This document shows positions 23,801-37,783 of a DNA stretch of 64,000 bases, piece after piece. How positions within the stretch are numbered: position 1 is the stretch's first letter; each line of letters starts with the position of its first letter. Source of the stretch: Chrysemys picta bellii (lineage: Eukaryota); contig NC_088792.1 in the NCBI RefSeq assembly GCF_011386835.1, positions 228,842,001 through 228,906,000 on the forward strand, given 5' to 3'. The notes under the pieces were generated by a model, which worked only from the letters and a program-made list of their open reading frames with translations, was not told where the DNA came from and ran no database searches. The position numbers and the translations under genes were made by a program.

Positions 23801-26106
23801 AGCAAAACTCATTGATAAAACACTGAAGGATGCAAGTGTGTCTTAGTGGGGTCCAGCTAACACTTCAAAAACAATTTCTCACTTACAAAATTTAAAAAAA
23901 AAGGTAATTTAGTCTGGCAATGAACAGTTCTAGAAATTCCACTCTGCCTTCATCACTCATTGTCACCCATCCATTTTATATCTATCCTGAACTGTTCCCC
24001 CTTGCTTTATTCTGTTGGGTGTAGTCTCTTGATTTTGTATATTGGTTATGAAATGTGTATTAAAGGTATTGAAATAAATAAAGTTTCAGAATACTTAAGG
24101 TGTTGCCTAATTTTTGTACATTTGCACTTAATATGATGTGCTCAAAGAATATTGTTATGAATAGCAATGGGATGAGTAATCTATTTAGTATTAGGAAACA
24201 GTGTGTTTGATTATATGATGTTATAGATTGATGTTAAGTGTATGTAGACTCTGAACATTTATATTTGTAACTACTGTGTGATTACTGCATTGTAATACAC
24301 TAACTCACTGTAGTTTTTATAGCAAGTCATGTTGTGTTATTTGTTATTGTTGTAATAGAAAAGTATAGAATAGAAAATGTGACTTTATAATCTCCTAGGG
24401 GTAGATTCTGTAACGCTTCCTCACATAACTAGTCCCATTAATTTCAAGGGATCCATTTCCAATATACTATGATGCTAGCAATAAAGGCAAACACAAGGAA
24501 AGAGATAAGTTTGGGCTGAATGTCCAGAGTGAAATTCTGTCTCACTGAAGTCAGTGGGACTTTTGCCATTGACTTCAATGGGATCAAGATTTCACCCCCT
24601 GTGTGCAGCCTTTGTTCGGAGCACTGTCATATTAGAAATGTTATTGCACCATGTAATATGTGAAAACAGCTATAAAGTATTTATAGTGTGACCTAGGGAG
24701 CTAGCATAACCACTAGCAACTGAAGTGGTAGTGCAAGATCTTCAGCTTGTGTAAATTGGCACAGCTCCATTGAACTCATCTGAGAATCTGGCCCTATACC
24801 TATAAGTGCTCTTGTCATATTATTTGGAGATACTAAAATTATATGGATTTTCATCCTCTCTGCTAGATTTTTTAAATTTTAATCTGCTTAAAAGTATTGC
24901 ACATTATAATATATGTTTCATATTAATTTACCAGTTGGTGACATTTTAAACATAATCTGCTTAAATTAACTCTTTTGCTGCTTTCAATTTCCTTGTTTAA
25001 CAGAAAATCTAGGTATTTAATGCAAATAGTAAAATAAGAGTTGAATTAAATTGTTCTTGAAAATATAGTACAAATCTGATACCTTTATACAGAACAACAC
25101 TCTGTTGTCTTTTTTTAATGATAATTCTAACATATGAATGCAAGTGTACATCTCTGTTGTTGTATGTAATATGGCTTAGCTCTAATTGACTGGAAGTTGT
25201 GAAAGTCTGGTTTAGAACTGAATATGTCGAGAACAGCTAAATACACAATATGGGAATGTATTTTAAATTCTCAGCTCTTTTGTTCCCCTCTTAAGAAAAT
25301 ACATTTAGTTCTGAGCTGAACAATGCTGCACTTCTACCACTGCACAAAGTCAATAAGGTAATTGTTTCTTTACTATTTTTTTATTATAGTGGTACAAACT
25401 GTACAAAATAGGAAAGACTGTAATATTAGGTGAAATCTAATTTCAGCCTGGTTATCGTACAGTTTTCATTTCCCTGAGGAAAAATAAATAAATTTGCAGA
25501 CTAAGATTTCAGATGCAGAAGTAGAAGTATGAATGCTTCCCCCTTTCCTTTTATTATTCACTTTATGAATTAGCCCTAGTTTACTTGTTTCGATTGGTGT
25601 CGACATATTTTTGAATACTATTAGCATAGCAATCAGGCCTGTTCTCAGGTTATTGAATAGTGTGTTGACTTCCGAAATAAATATATATGCAGTGTGAAGG
25701 ACGAGCTGTCACTTTGGGAGAGCTTTGCTGATCTAAATTAAAAGGCACTTCTAATTGAAAACTGTAATAGCAGGAGGGTTAGGGAGACAACGGAACCACT
25801 CAGTCCTTTTCAGTTTTTGTGGGGTTCTGTTAGGAAATATAGGGAGAGGAGTAACATGACAATATTATGCTACAGTATAAGTAACAGTATTAAATTATAC
25901 TTAAGTAGCCATATCACTGTAATGCACTTCAGATATTTCCTCTAGACCCTTATGGAACTTTACTTTTACCTAGAATACAGCTTTATGGTACTGATCCAAA
26001 GGAGTGAAGGACTCCTGCAATTCCTGTTCAAAGCAATGGAAGTTCCTGGTGTCCAGCATGCCTTAAATCTAACCTCTGCTCTATCCTCTTCATTACAATT
26101 CATTAT

Positions 26107-26179
26107 GGGCCCAGTCCAAAGCCTACTGAAGACAATGGAAAGTTTCCCATTGACTTCAATAGATTTTTGGATCAGGGCC
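26107..26179. mobile_element. Short hairpin MITE, abutting a second MITE that starts at 26183
   Basis: gggcccagtcc..ggatcagggcc with central cccattgacttcaat; 3-bp TSD TAT (26104-26106, 26180-26182). Confidence 0.7.
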
Positions 26180-26665
26180 TATGGGCCTGATTCTGACCTC
26201 AGGAACATCAGTTTTACCATTATGTAATGCCACTAGCTTCAATAGTTGCTCCTAATTTACACCAGTGTATGTGTGCGATCTGAATCAATCTCACTGATAA
26301 TGAGAAAAGCATCTTTATCCATGAGGCAAAATAAATAAATAAAGACATAAATAAAGTTAAAATAGTTTGTATTCTTGTGTATTAACTGCAATGCTGTCTG
26401 TCAAGTGTTTATTGTCATTGCTATGAATGGGTATTTGTGTGGCACTGATATATGAAATATCATACTAAGGATAGTTTTGCAAACAGCTACACTTCTCCAT
26501 CAGTGTTTCTAGTTACATATTTTTTCCAAAAAATAAGTTCACTACAAATAATTATGGAAAGTTAAATTAAGAGCTAAAATAACCTATGGTTTCTCTTATT
26601 TGAGTAGCTACCAGCTATCTGAGCCTGTTTCCCCCCCCCCTTTTTTTTTTCTGGTCCTCTAAGGG

Positions 26666-27006
26666 NNNNNNNNNNNNNNNNNNNNNNNNNNNNNNNNNNN
26701 NNNNNNNNNNNNNNNNNNNNNNNNNNNNNNNNNNNNNNNNNNNNNNNNNNNNNNNNNNNNNNNNNNNNNNNNNNNNNNNNNNNNNNNNNNNNNNNNNNNN
26801 NNNNNNNNNNNNNNNNNNNNNNNNNNNNNNNNNNNNNNNNNNNNNNNNNNNNNNNNNNNNNNNNNNNNNNNNNNNNNNNNNNNNNNNNNNNNNNNNNNNN
26901 NNNNNNNNNNNNNNNNNNNNNNNNNNNNNNNNNNNNNNNNNNNNNNNNNNNNNNNNNNNNNNNNNNNNNNNNNNNNNNNNNNNNNNNNNNNNNNNNNNNN
27001 NNNNNN
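26666..27006. other. Assembly gap (341 N)
   Basis: Run of N. Confidence 1.
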
Positions 27007-29829
27007 TGGATGTGAAGAATTGAAAGTATATTTTGTTAGTGGTAAAGCCAACAAAGATAATATTTCATAAAGTGGCTGACTGATTGTTAATTTCGATGCA
27101 GATCAAAATTTACTGCAGCACGTTATTACATGCGGGATCACAGAACCCACAGAGCAAATGACATGGTGGGGTTCAACTAATTTATTTTGAAAAATTATAA
27201 AACATTCTTGTTTCCAATTTTACCCTCTTCTTATCGGTTATTTTTTGTTTTTGTTTATCTTGCTCTTATTTTAGCAACACACTTCACAACATTGATGATA
27301 ACAGGGCCTAACCCTAATGCCAGATTATCTAGGGCAAAGCAAAGGTCTTGCAATTTGGTATGTGACTATTCAACATTACAGGATCCCCCTTTCGGTTTTC
27401 AAGGTGACCTATGTTTGTATTTTTTATGGCTTATGGATAAAAAGGATCTAAAATTCTGTGATTGCTGGTAATTTTAGGTATATGGCCTGGAATGCAGGTC
27501 CCCAACACGGCTCTCAAACAATAAGCTGTCCATAAAGGATAGAGATCTGCAGGAAAAACATATTGGGGTGGGGGATGGAGCCTTGAGGTCATGAGTTCTG
27601 GATGAGGTGATCCATTTCATCATACTTTAATCAATCACAGTGAAATTCACTCCTGTGCAGAGTGCAGCACTTTAAATTCTACTTAATCCATTGTTTTGAA
27701 AATGTAAGTGGACTTAACTGAGGCATTGGTCTTGCGCTGGCCTTCTGCACCAAGTTGAGTGTCACCCTTAGTGAGTACTTTATCTTTGGGTGATGGGGAA
27801 AGGGGTGCCTTTCCACTCACCTACTCCTCCAAATCAGTTTCTCCCTTTTTCCATTCTCCAGCTACTGGGATAGAGGAGATCTGCCATTCTCTCTATCTTG
27901 GCTCCTAGAAGCGAGAACCTTTTTCTAATGGAGGGTTCAAGAGACTTGTGTGTTTAATTCTGAGCAGTTCTTCCTTGCTTTCTCCTCCCCCTGAGGAAGG
28001 AAGAGGGGAAAGCGTTTGTCCATTTTTCTCCTCTTCTCACTTCCATACTGGGGTGAACTAGGAAATTCCCACACCACCAGGTCTGTTTGGTCAATATTCC
28101 CCAAGCAGAGTGGGAAGCATTCTTCTTACTGCTGTTCTTCTGAAGTCCAGGCAGAGTGAATGGAGCACAGATTAGCACACTTTCACAGCAGACCAGGTAG
28201 GTGCGAGGGATTCTTACACTGCTGGAAGGACAAAGAATCTGCACGGCACACTTTCATTTGTCACTCAGATATTCATAAATGGACATTTCCAATGTGTAAA
28301 CATTTCAGCCTTCAGCAGTTCCTGTGTGTTGTCCTTTTAGCAAAGAGTGACTTCCAGCTGAGACAAAGCTCCAGCTGGTTTGGTCAGGTCTTGAATGTCT
28401 TTTGACTCACTGGAGGAATTCTACTAGTAGGTTATGCTACTAGGTGACCAGACTTCAATCCCATGTGCAGCTCCCAAAAGGGGAGGGAAATCAAAGTATC
28501 CAAAGAGCAACATCCAGACAGGTTTAGCACAGTCAGCCTTTGGTTCACCTGATATATCTGCTGCCTTCATGATAAGTGTCAGGGTTGTAGTTTCTGGTGC
28601 AGTAACTTACTAGAGGATATACCTGAAAGCATCCATTTTTTTAAAAAAAGACCTCAGCCCAACCTCTAATTTTGTGCCTGCAGTTTGCATCTGCATTATA
28701 GTGAACTGTGGGCATAAATGATAGAATTTAGATGAGCAGCTACCTGATTTGAGGACTTCTTCTATTATGCTTTAAGCTCTTTGGGGCAACCACTGTGTCT
28801 TTGTATCTTTATGCAGTGCCATGCACATCTGGACCATTATCCAGATTAGGACTTCTGGGTTCTACTGCAATAGAAATAATATTAGGCACCTGCAGTCTAA
28901 TATCTGCCTTCCTCAATTGACTATATCTTCAGAATAGAACCTTCAATTGATTTCATCCTCAAAATCAGAGGCTGTTTTTGAAATAATACCCTTCAGTTGT
29001 GCTTCTGCTTGTTCTGTGATAAAGTGGGTCTCCTGAGGGAAGTTTCTATCACTTCCTGAATTAAGATTTATTTTAGAACCTCCATACACAGCAGTTCTTG
29101 ACTTTTACCTCTCACCTGTTGCTAGATTTCTTTGTACTGGCAAACATCTTGTTCCCCTGTGATTTCTTTTGTCATGGCAGAGTGAACTCTTTCTCATAGG
29201 CTCACTCAAAAGGTTCATAGCTATATTTTCATCTTGCTTCTTTGTGAGTCAGAGCTCCCTACAGCTCCACATCTTATTCTTCTTTCCCATGTTGCTAAAG
29301 TTGATTACCTCGGTATGTGAGCATTTCTAAGCAGCAGCTGTTGATCATATATGCAGAGTTATTGACTTAAATTTCCATTGCTTGAGAAATACAAACTACA
29401 ACCTCTTTTATAACATGGTTGTTCAAATGATAGATATAAGAAAATTTCAAATATTAAAAACTAATAGAACTTTGTTAGGCAGTAGAAAAATCAGGATATG
29501 AACATCGTGTATTTTAATGTTTGTGAAGTGTAGTAATTATCACTGCTGATCATTTTATTCATTAATTATCTGTGGTTACAATTAATTTCAGGCATCCACA
29601 GACCTTACAGCTGCAAAAGAGCTTCCAACCTAGTAAATGGTGAATATTTTTGTGTTCAAAAATTAAAAACTAAAAACGTTTCTCCTCCAGGGATTAATTC
29701 CTCCCATATTTATATCCAGGAAATGAGGTCCAGAAATCTCAATGGAAGATATTAGAAACACAACCTTCTTTTTCACAATATTTTACTAAATTGAAGATAG
29801 TGTCACCCAGCCTGAGTGCCGTGAGTTCA

Positions 29830-29965
29830 GTTGTCTCAGTTTCCAGTAGCTTTGATAAAATAATACTAACTGCACCTGGCACTAGCTGGCCACCTTGTTG
29901 TCAATGTGGCATATAAGCTGATGAGTGAATGAGTGTGGTGACTGAACCAACCTCAAGCTTGTTGT
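29830..29965 (+). mobile_element. LF-SINE-related internal fragment
   Basis: tggcactagctggccaccttgttg..gtgaatgagtgtggtgactgaaccaacctc resembles the LF-SINE core seen at 38125-38200. Confidence 0.4.
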
Positions 29966-32376
29966 TGTCTTGGTGCGAGCAGACATAAGCTTGCTTCACT
30001 TTCCCTGCAGTATGACTGTTGCTTTTTAAATTCAAGAGAAGGTGACATGCTATCAGACTTGTTACCTGCAGTGACAGCGTGTTGTACGTATACAGAAGAG
30101 ATAGAAGACCTTAAAAATGTTTGAATCCTTGCTGCTTTATATGCTGCCTGCAGGGGCAGAGTGACCTTTTGCTGCTTTTATTACTGCTCATGGCTGAGCT
30201 TTCGACTGCCTTCAAGAAGTCTCTCACTGGCTTTAGGAGGCAGCTGGTCCTCTTTATTTAGTTTGCCTAGACCTGACTGTTTATTAGAACCTTCCTCTTG
30301 CTTTGGGGGGTTTTTAGGGTGAGGATGGGGCTGCTTTCCTAAGTCCACATTCGGCCCATAGTTGTTAAAGACTTGCTTTGATTTGTAAGTTTGAGTATGA
30401 AATTCAAGTGAGCGTGAGAAATTGACTCTCTTTTCCTAGCCCAGCCCATATAGGAGATGGGCTGAGGTGGCTAATATTGTGAATCATGCTTAGTGAGACA
30501 GCAATGAATTAATTGTTTTCTAAATCACCAGCTGGAATAAAGCTATTCCTGAAAGTCTTAAAAGCTACTCAAAAAACGGACAGCTGATTTTCATCTGACG
30601 GGAAAGGAGGGCATTATCAATGGCTGCGACATGTTCTGGATAAAAACTTGCAATGGGTGGTCTGAAGGAAGTGTTATAGGAAAGAGTGGGATATGTGAAT
30701 GTAGTGTCATTGTGATTGTTGGCAAGAACTATAGAAGAAGCAGCATGCATATGGGGTGCCTTGCAGAGAGATTAAGGAGTCTGGGTGCACGTGGTCAGAA
30801 TGGTGAGCACAAAGACAGACGGACAAATAGGGTCCTGAAAACAAGTTCAATTGCTATGTTAAATTCCTGGAGAAGCTGTAGGAATTGCAGTATTATTGCA
30901 TAAGTATCTAATGCATACTTCCATATGCATGTGTTCACATGCGCACACAAAATAGAGTACATTAATAACTTATTCATGTTACTATCTTTGAAATTATACT
31001 AAAGTAGTGCCATTTTACTGTGCAAATAGTATCTATACTGCTATCACCACAGATTATAATAAAGAAGTACCATTTTATCAATTAACCATTTTAATTGATA
31101 CTTGACGGATTTTTAGAATAATTGATTTGTTAAAATCCATTGTATTTCTTAAGATGTCATTTTTTCTCCTTTTCATGCTTACCAATTAGTTTGTTTTGGC
31201 ATGTTGTAAAATTTTGTGTACCACAGGAAAAGCAGGCATTTTTAATCCAAAGAGGATCTCAGATTTATTCATTTAAAAATATTTTGCCTAATTATAAATC
31301 ATTATAATGACAGTTTAAACAATACATGTGACGCTTTCATAGTTCAAATAAAAAGTTACACTAATTGTATTCTGAGAATTATGCAAAAGAAGAAACTCAG
31401 TATAAAATTACCATGGTAAATTTAGACTTTGTATTTAAAAAAAAAACAGTTTGTGGTTGAACTGTAATTATTGTAATATTGTAGTAAATATACAGATAAT
31501 AACTTGCAGCTATTATTCAACATAATTACTATAGTCTTACTATTATTAAGATCGATTTATTATATTTTAATAAACTACAGAATAATTAGTGGGTTTACTA
31601 TAATAACTGTAGTTCAGTTGTAATTTTATGACCAGATCTAGAGCTTTATTATACAGTAATATATATTCTGGGATGAAATTATAAAGGGAAGTGTCATTAA
31701 AAATAAAACTGAGAAAAGTGATTTTAATGTAAGGTTTTATCTTTGGTATGGTATAGTTGTATACAACAAGAATAAATACAAATTTAAGTAAGTATCTTTA
31801 CAATAAAAATAAATAAAATATTTTGATTTAATTCCTTCTGACAAAAGATGAACTGAAAACACAAGAACTAAGACTTTCTTCTCAAGCTAATGGCTCATTA
31901 TGGTTACCTCACCACTCCCTCACACATACAAAATTCTCAAGGTGCATATATAGTACAGTACATGTTATTTCCATATTGAATGCAGAGTTCAGTAGTTCAA
32001 ATGTAAGCTTCTTGGGGTAGTAACTTGCCTTCCAATGTGTTTGTAATATGCTCGCTATACTTATTGCATGATAAGTAATACATAAACAATAATAACAGTA
32101 CAGGGGAAAATGTTTATCCAGATTTTTCACTTTTTTTCCCAGTCACCTGTGGAATGTTATATAAAATTTGTGTCTACACCCATGAAAAACCAGGGCACAA
32201 ACTCTCCCCTACAATGGAAAATAATCATATTGGGGATGGATTTCAATTCAGGTTGAAATTGGGGTAAGGATTTGTATGGCTTTTGGGACATCTGCACAGA
32301 GCACCACTGCTTTTACAGTACATCCAGACTTCTTTCCAAAATGGCAGCTTGGCTCCTGAAGGAATCATGCTGTTAA

Positions 32377-32540
32377 TCATAGAATTGTAGGACCTTGAAA
32401 GGTCAGCTAATTCAGTCTCCTGCACTCATGGCAGGACTAAGTATTATCTAGACCATCCCTAACAGGTGTTTGTCTAACCTGCTTTTAAAAATCTCCAGTG
32501 AAGGAGACTCCACAACTTCCCTAGACAATCTATTCCAGTG
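32377..32540 (-). mobile_element. CR1 3' fragment
   Basis: tcatagaattgtagg..tatctagaccatccct..ggagactccacaacttccctagacaatctattccagtg. Confidence 0.85.
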
Positions 32541-35390
32541 CATCCTCATTGACCAATGCCTCAGAACCTCTTTTCATAATGGTTCACCAAGTGATGGAGG
32601 AATCCATGCAAGATAATTCCAATTAGATTGAAACCATCTAACTCATGGGGTCATTCCAAATAGCACGGTGAGGCAAACTGTATACATCCCTACGTGGACA
32701 GGGACATTTGCCCTTATGTCAACCCAGCAATCTTGAACCTGGTGGTGCATCTGTAGGATAAGTAATTGTATTTCTCCAATAATAATTAGGAGAATTGGGA
32801 GAGAATGCCATGGAAGTTGACCCTCCCCATGCTGCATGCCTAAACTCACTTGTTGTGCTTCCTCTGTGTTCATGGGCCTTAATCTTTTAATAGAATCTGT
32901 AACTTTATGAATCCCTTTGGGCTCTAAGGTTTCATTTGAGTGGCAGGGAAGGCTTATATCTTCACAAATTATTCTTAGAGTGTGGAGCATGGCTTCACAC
33001 TGAAAAGGACTTTAAGAAATAATTCTAGGTCAATTTACTGCATGTGAACATTGTGAAGCAATAGCACTGGTTAGAAACAAGCGTAGTCTGGGCGGAGGCT
33101 TTTCAAATGTCTTTGAGGCCATGGTTGAGCCATTAATGAACTTCTATCCACCCTGGGGATTCTCTTGAACAGAAAATGACCCTTGTACTAAGGTATGAGG
33201 TGGTTCTGTATTGTGGGCAAATGGAGACTAAGCTGATGTAAATCAGTGTAGCTTCATTGATGATGATGGTGGGGTTACACTAATATACAAGAACTATTGT
33301 GCCACCATCAAGTTCATTTTTAATAATACAGTTCCTTTCTCCTAAGGATTTGAACCTGGGTTCCAGAATTGCACAAAGGTGCTGTGGCACTTAGCCTTCA
33401 TAGAATCCCTCGTGGAACATTACAAAAGACCCTTCAAAAGGGAAACAAAACAATATTAAGGATTTCTCTGAATACACTGTCTAGCTATGTTTGTATTTCA
33501 CGGCAATACTTAATTCAATGCAAGATACTAATTAATTAGGATTAGCTGAACCTCAACCAAGATGGTTCATCAACCTCTGTGCGTAACTTATGGCTCAGTC
33601 TTTGTCGTAGTTGTAAATATAGATCTAGGAATAGATAAAATCATGGGATTTACAAAGAAAATTCTTCAAAGCTGCCTTCCCCTAGTACTTCATTTAAAGC
33701 ACAGCTGCAAGGTCCAGACATCTATATATGAAAAAATAGAATGGGCATAAATGAGAAGAAAGATGAATTGGAATGAAAAGGAGGGGAGAACTGAACTGAG
33801 CAGAAGCAAAGAGATGGACTAGTCAGACTTTTTTTTCCAAATTTGCTCTCTTGTCCCTTTTTCCCCTTCCACTCAACTAGACCAAACTGAAAGGGAAGAT
33901 TGAAGCAAGCCCTATAAAATCCAAGTATTAAATACATTTGAAAGTTTGAAACTAATCTCTTTGTGAGGTTTATATATGTCTATTTAATATGGTGCCAAGT
34001 CAGGGCATTCAACCTCTATCCAGCATTTTAGGCATATGACATCATGTGCTTCACAGATTCTGATGCCAATGCCTTTACAAAGCACTATGTTCCTGAATAC
34101 AGAGGCCTGGCATAAGAGCTCAAACAACTCTCTGCAGAACCTTGAAAATGCAGCTAGCTTATTTATTTTGGATTTACTGCATAGTTCTACTCTTAGCAAT
34201 AGTTATTGGAGAAATGCCATCTTACTCAACAGATATATGCTCCTTGTGAGCATAGAGAATCATTTCTGCTTTCTACAGTGACAGAAATAGCTTTTACTAT
34301 TTACTTTCTCCTCGTAGCTCTGGAGAGCCAACACAGCTATGAGTGTGTGAACTAGATTTGCTCTGTTTTGTGTACAGTCAACAACAATCCAAGTTCTAGT
34401 CTAAATTCTGTCCTCACTCTATAACTGCAGAGATGGGGATTAGTTAAAACCATTCTTCTCCATTGAACACAATGAGATTGCACAGCTGTAATTTAGGGCT
34501 TGTTCTGAAGACAATGGAGCTGCAGAAAGGGCTGAATTTGGCTTACAGATTCATTATTGGTGATCATGCATGAAAAGGAAAGCCCAGCTTGCATTCAGGG
34601 GCTGCAAGTTTGCAGCACTAACAAATTCTCCTTTCTTTTCCTGTAAACTGAGTAAATTTTGATTTAAAATGGCTGTGACCCAATAAACCTGGACCTACAC
34701 AGTAGCATTTTTAGAATAATTTTCTAGGCTAAATGTGCATTTTAGAGTGAAACTCAGGTGAAAGGAGAAGTACTTTCATCCTTTACAAATGAATCATTTT
34801 GACTTGCTCATAAAAACAAGACCTGCCTGTTTCCTACGTATGTCAACTGCATTTGCATTGTGTTCTCTATGTTAATAGGGTGCAGAGTGCAGTGCTGGTA
34901 TAACATTTTCCATAGTCTTTAAGCACAATTCCTCTGCAGTTTTTTTCTTTTACAGTTATAGGAAGAATTAAATCTTTGCATTAACTTTATAGAAAAAAAA
35001 TTTCTCCCAAAATTCAGCTTCACCAGCAGATTACAATGTGCTCTCAAGGGATCTCAAGCCAATAGCTGACTTCTGGGAAAATAACGTTAGTTTAATTTTC
35101 AATATTCTATAACAGAGCCCAATTAACCTTTTATTTTGATCATTTTGAGTTGCAATTGACACTTGAATTTGTCACAATTCAGTGTTTAATCCAGTGTTAT
35201 GCCGGCGGTTAGGTGAAACCCCATTGAAGCTACTTGGTCCGACAGCCACCCTTCGTTCAAATGTCAGAAACAGTTAAGCTCCTTTTGGAGTAAGATAGCT
35301 GAAACAATGGGAGCCTCAACCCAAAACACTGGCCACGTGCTAGGCCAGGTAGGAGTTGAGCTATGTGATCTGGGATGAGCTATGCGAGTA

Positions 35391-35870
35391 CTGTATATAC
35401 TCGTTCATAAGCCAAATATTTTTGGTAAAAAAGTGATGCATCAAAGAGCGGGGTCATCTTATCAACGGGTCTACACCAAAATTTGATGATTTTAAACTCT
35501 ATGGAATCATTTAATTGAATATCTAATACATTGTCGTTTTGTTTACTTGGAGAGTCTGCAGGCATGGAGCCCCTCAGCTCCCTGTGGCCGCGGTTCGCCG
35601 TTCCGAGCCAATTCTCACAGCTCCCATTGGCTGGGAACAGCAAACCACGGCCACTGGGAGCTGAGGGGCTCCGTGCCTGTGAACACTCCAGGTAAACAAA
35701 ACGTCACAACTCACCAGTGGCTTACCCTGACGGGCCAGGAGTCAAAGTTTGCCAACCCCTGAAATATAGGGTCGGCTTATGAAAGGGTCATACAGTTTTT
35801 GCTATTTTTACCTAACCATCTTGAGAGGGTCGGCTTATAAATGAACGGGCTAATGAACGAGTATATATGG
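35391..35870. mobile_element. Tc1/mariner (pogo/Tc2-like) MITE
   Basis: 23-bp TIRs ctgtatatactcgttcataagcc / ggctaatgaacgagtatatatgg; TA TSD (35389-35390, 35871-35872). Confidence 0.9.
35537..35761 (-). mobile_element. One-ended hAT (Charlie-like) MITE fragment inside the mariner MITE
   Basis: Terminus aagtttgccaacccctg (CAGGGGTTGGCAAAC on the minus strand). Internal palindrome bounded by gttttgtttac / gtaaacaaaac. No second terminus. Confidence 0.7.
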
Positions 35871-36822
35871 TAGTTTCACTGGGGGCTGGATGCAGACTCG
35901 GGCTGGATATTGTTTTGATGGAGCTGTGTGTGAGCAGACACAACCAGAAACAGCACAGAAGCAGACAAAGAAGATGACATGGAAGCCCCAGAGACAGCCA
36001 GACATAGTATGATCTTGAAAGAAAGCCAACAGAGAGAGCTTTGTAGGGAAAGTTCTGGTTGGAAAACAGGGCTTGGAATACTGAGCAAAGAAACTGCCTC
36101 CTGTTGTTCAATACCTACTATGTTCAGTGAAACTGAACTTTGTGTATATTCTTTGTAAATAATCAGGATTGTATCTAAGAAATACATAAGTCCATCATCA
36201 ATTCCCTCTTCTAATGCAAACAACACACAAGTCCCCAAATATTGACTAACTGCTCAGAACAATGAAGTGGTGTGCTGATATATTTTTAAGCCATTTCATC
36301 ATATGAAAACTATTTATGTGGAAGATTTAAGGATTGCGTAGCAAAGAGATCAACATTGCATTAAAGGCATTTGCCATGTTAATTTTCCCCCAATCTAAAT
36401 ACTAGACAATATCTCAAATTGGAAAAGTATCTCCTGGAACAGTTTTGAGACATGCATGTGAAATTTGTTGAAACTGAAAACTTGGACAAAGAGAATACAA
36501 AGGAGAGAACTTTCCACAGTAAAGAGTTGACCCGGCTTTACTAATGCATACATCAAGGACAATACTCATTACAAGATGGTCTTGTGAGTAAGGCGTGGAT
36601 CTGAAACTCAGGAGCTCTTTTCTCACCTTTGCTAGATATTTGCTCTGTGACCTTGGGTTGTTATTAAGGGCTCCATCCTGCACCCATTGAAGTTAATGAC
36701 AAAACTCCCATTAATACTATGGTACAGAATCAAACCTCAGCTTCCTCTTATACTTTTACACATCAGCACTCATAATTGCCCAATTTTTATGCAAACTCAA
36801 AGGAATACTAGAATAATACTAA

Positions 36823-36965
36823 GTATCAGGGGGTAGCCATGTTAGTCTGTATCTACAAAAACAACAAGGAGTCTGGTGGCACCTTAAAGACCAACAGATT
36901 TATTTGGGCATAAGCTTTCGTGGGTAAAAACCTCACTTCTTCAGATGCTACCAGACTCCTTGTAG
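36823..36965. mobile_element. Penelope-like terminal fragment with short inverted tail
   Basis: Same terminus as 6961; tail ccagactccttgt is the reverse complement of acaaggagtctgg. Probable TSD taatacta. Confidence 0.8.
36908..36948 (-). ncRNA. Minimal type-I hammerhead ribozyme motif (Penelope-associated)
   Basis: Minus strand reads GCAU CUGAAGA A GUGAGG-UUUUUA-CCCAC GAAA GCUU AUGC. Confidence 0.6.
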
Positions 36966-37783
36966 ATTAATACTATAACATAAGAGTTTTTTGATCTTCT
37001 GGTTACAGAGTCCAGTGTTTTGAAGGGTTTTTGTTTCCACAATACGGGCTTAATCCTACTATGTACTGAGCACTCTGCCCCAATCCAACTAAGCACTGTC
37101 ATGTGCTCAAAATTAAGCACATGTTCAAGTTCTTTACTCAATCAGGGCTAGCATGCTCAGAACTTTGCAAGCTTGAGTCCTATGCTAGCAAGTGCCAAAG
37201 ATGCTGGAACTTTGAACTACTCCCCTGTAAGGATTCTTTGAAGGAATCCTCCAGCTAGCAAAACAGATTTTGGCTTTGCGACTCAAACAGAATATTACTC
37301 AAGTTAAATCAGTAGTTCACGAGCATTACATTGTGTTATGCGTCCAACCTGTAATTAGCTCAGACAATAGAGAATTCAAAACACAAGAAGCCCAATCAAC
37401 AAAAGCTATTTACAGCAACAACACAAGGAAATTCTGCTGAAGTCAGATCTCATGTACTGACTGTGATATTGACACTTCACAATAGCAGCATTTTTCTACA
37501 TTTCAGCTCATGAATTCTCATTGTGAGAAGTTAAGGAGACACCAGGGAAATTTTATTGATGTGTTGGTAGAAGGTGCATATTTAGAGAAGAGATTAAAAA
37601 GAAACTCTGATACCAGGAGAAGAATAAAAAAAAATACACCTTTGTCTTGGAATCTGGTAAAGAGAAACTTGAAAATGATAAGGATGATGGATTTTAGAGA
37701 GAATCTTACCAGATAATGCATAGAGATTGAGAGCAGGGCAGATGGACCACTCTTTTCTTCTTTTTTACTGTTGCAAATACTAT

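Larger units (their letters stand above)
35195..36261. mobile_element. Degenerate LTR-like element interrupted by a mariner MITE
   Basis: Begins tgttatgcc and ends cagaaca. The 3' part (ccatcatcaattccctcttct..ccccaaatattgactaactgctc) resembles turtle LTRs as I recall them. No TSD found. Confidence 0.45.

Noticed and set aside
26659-27054. 131-aa ORF
   Set aside because: Spans the N gap; an artefact.
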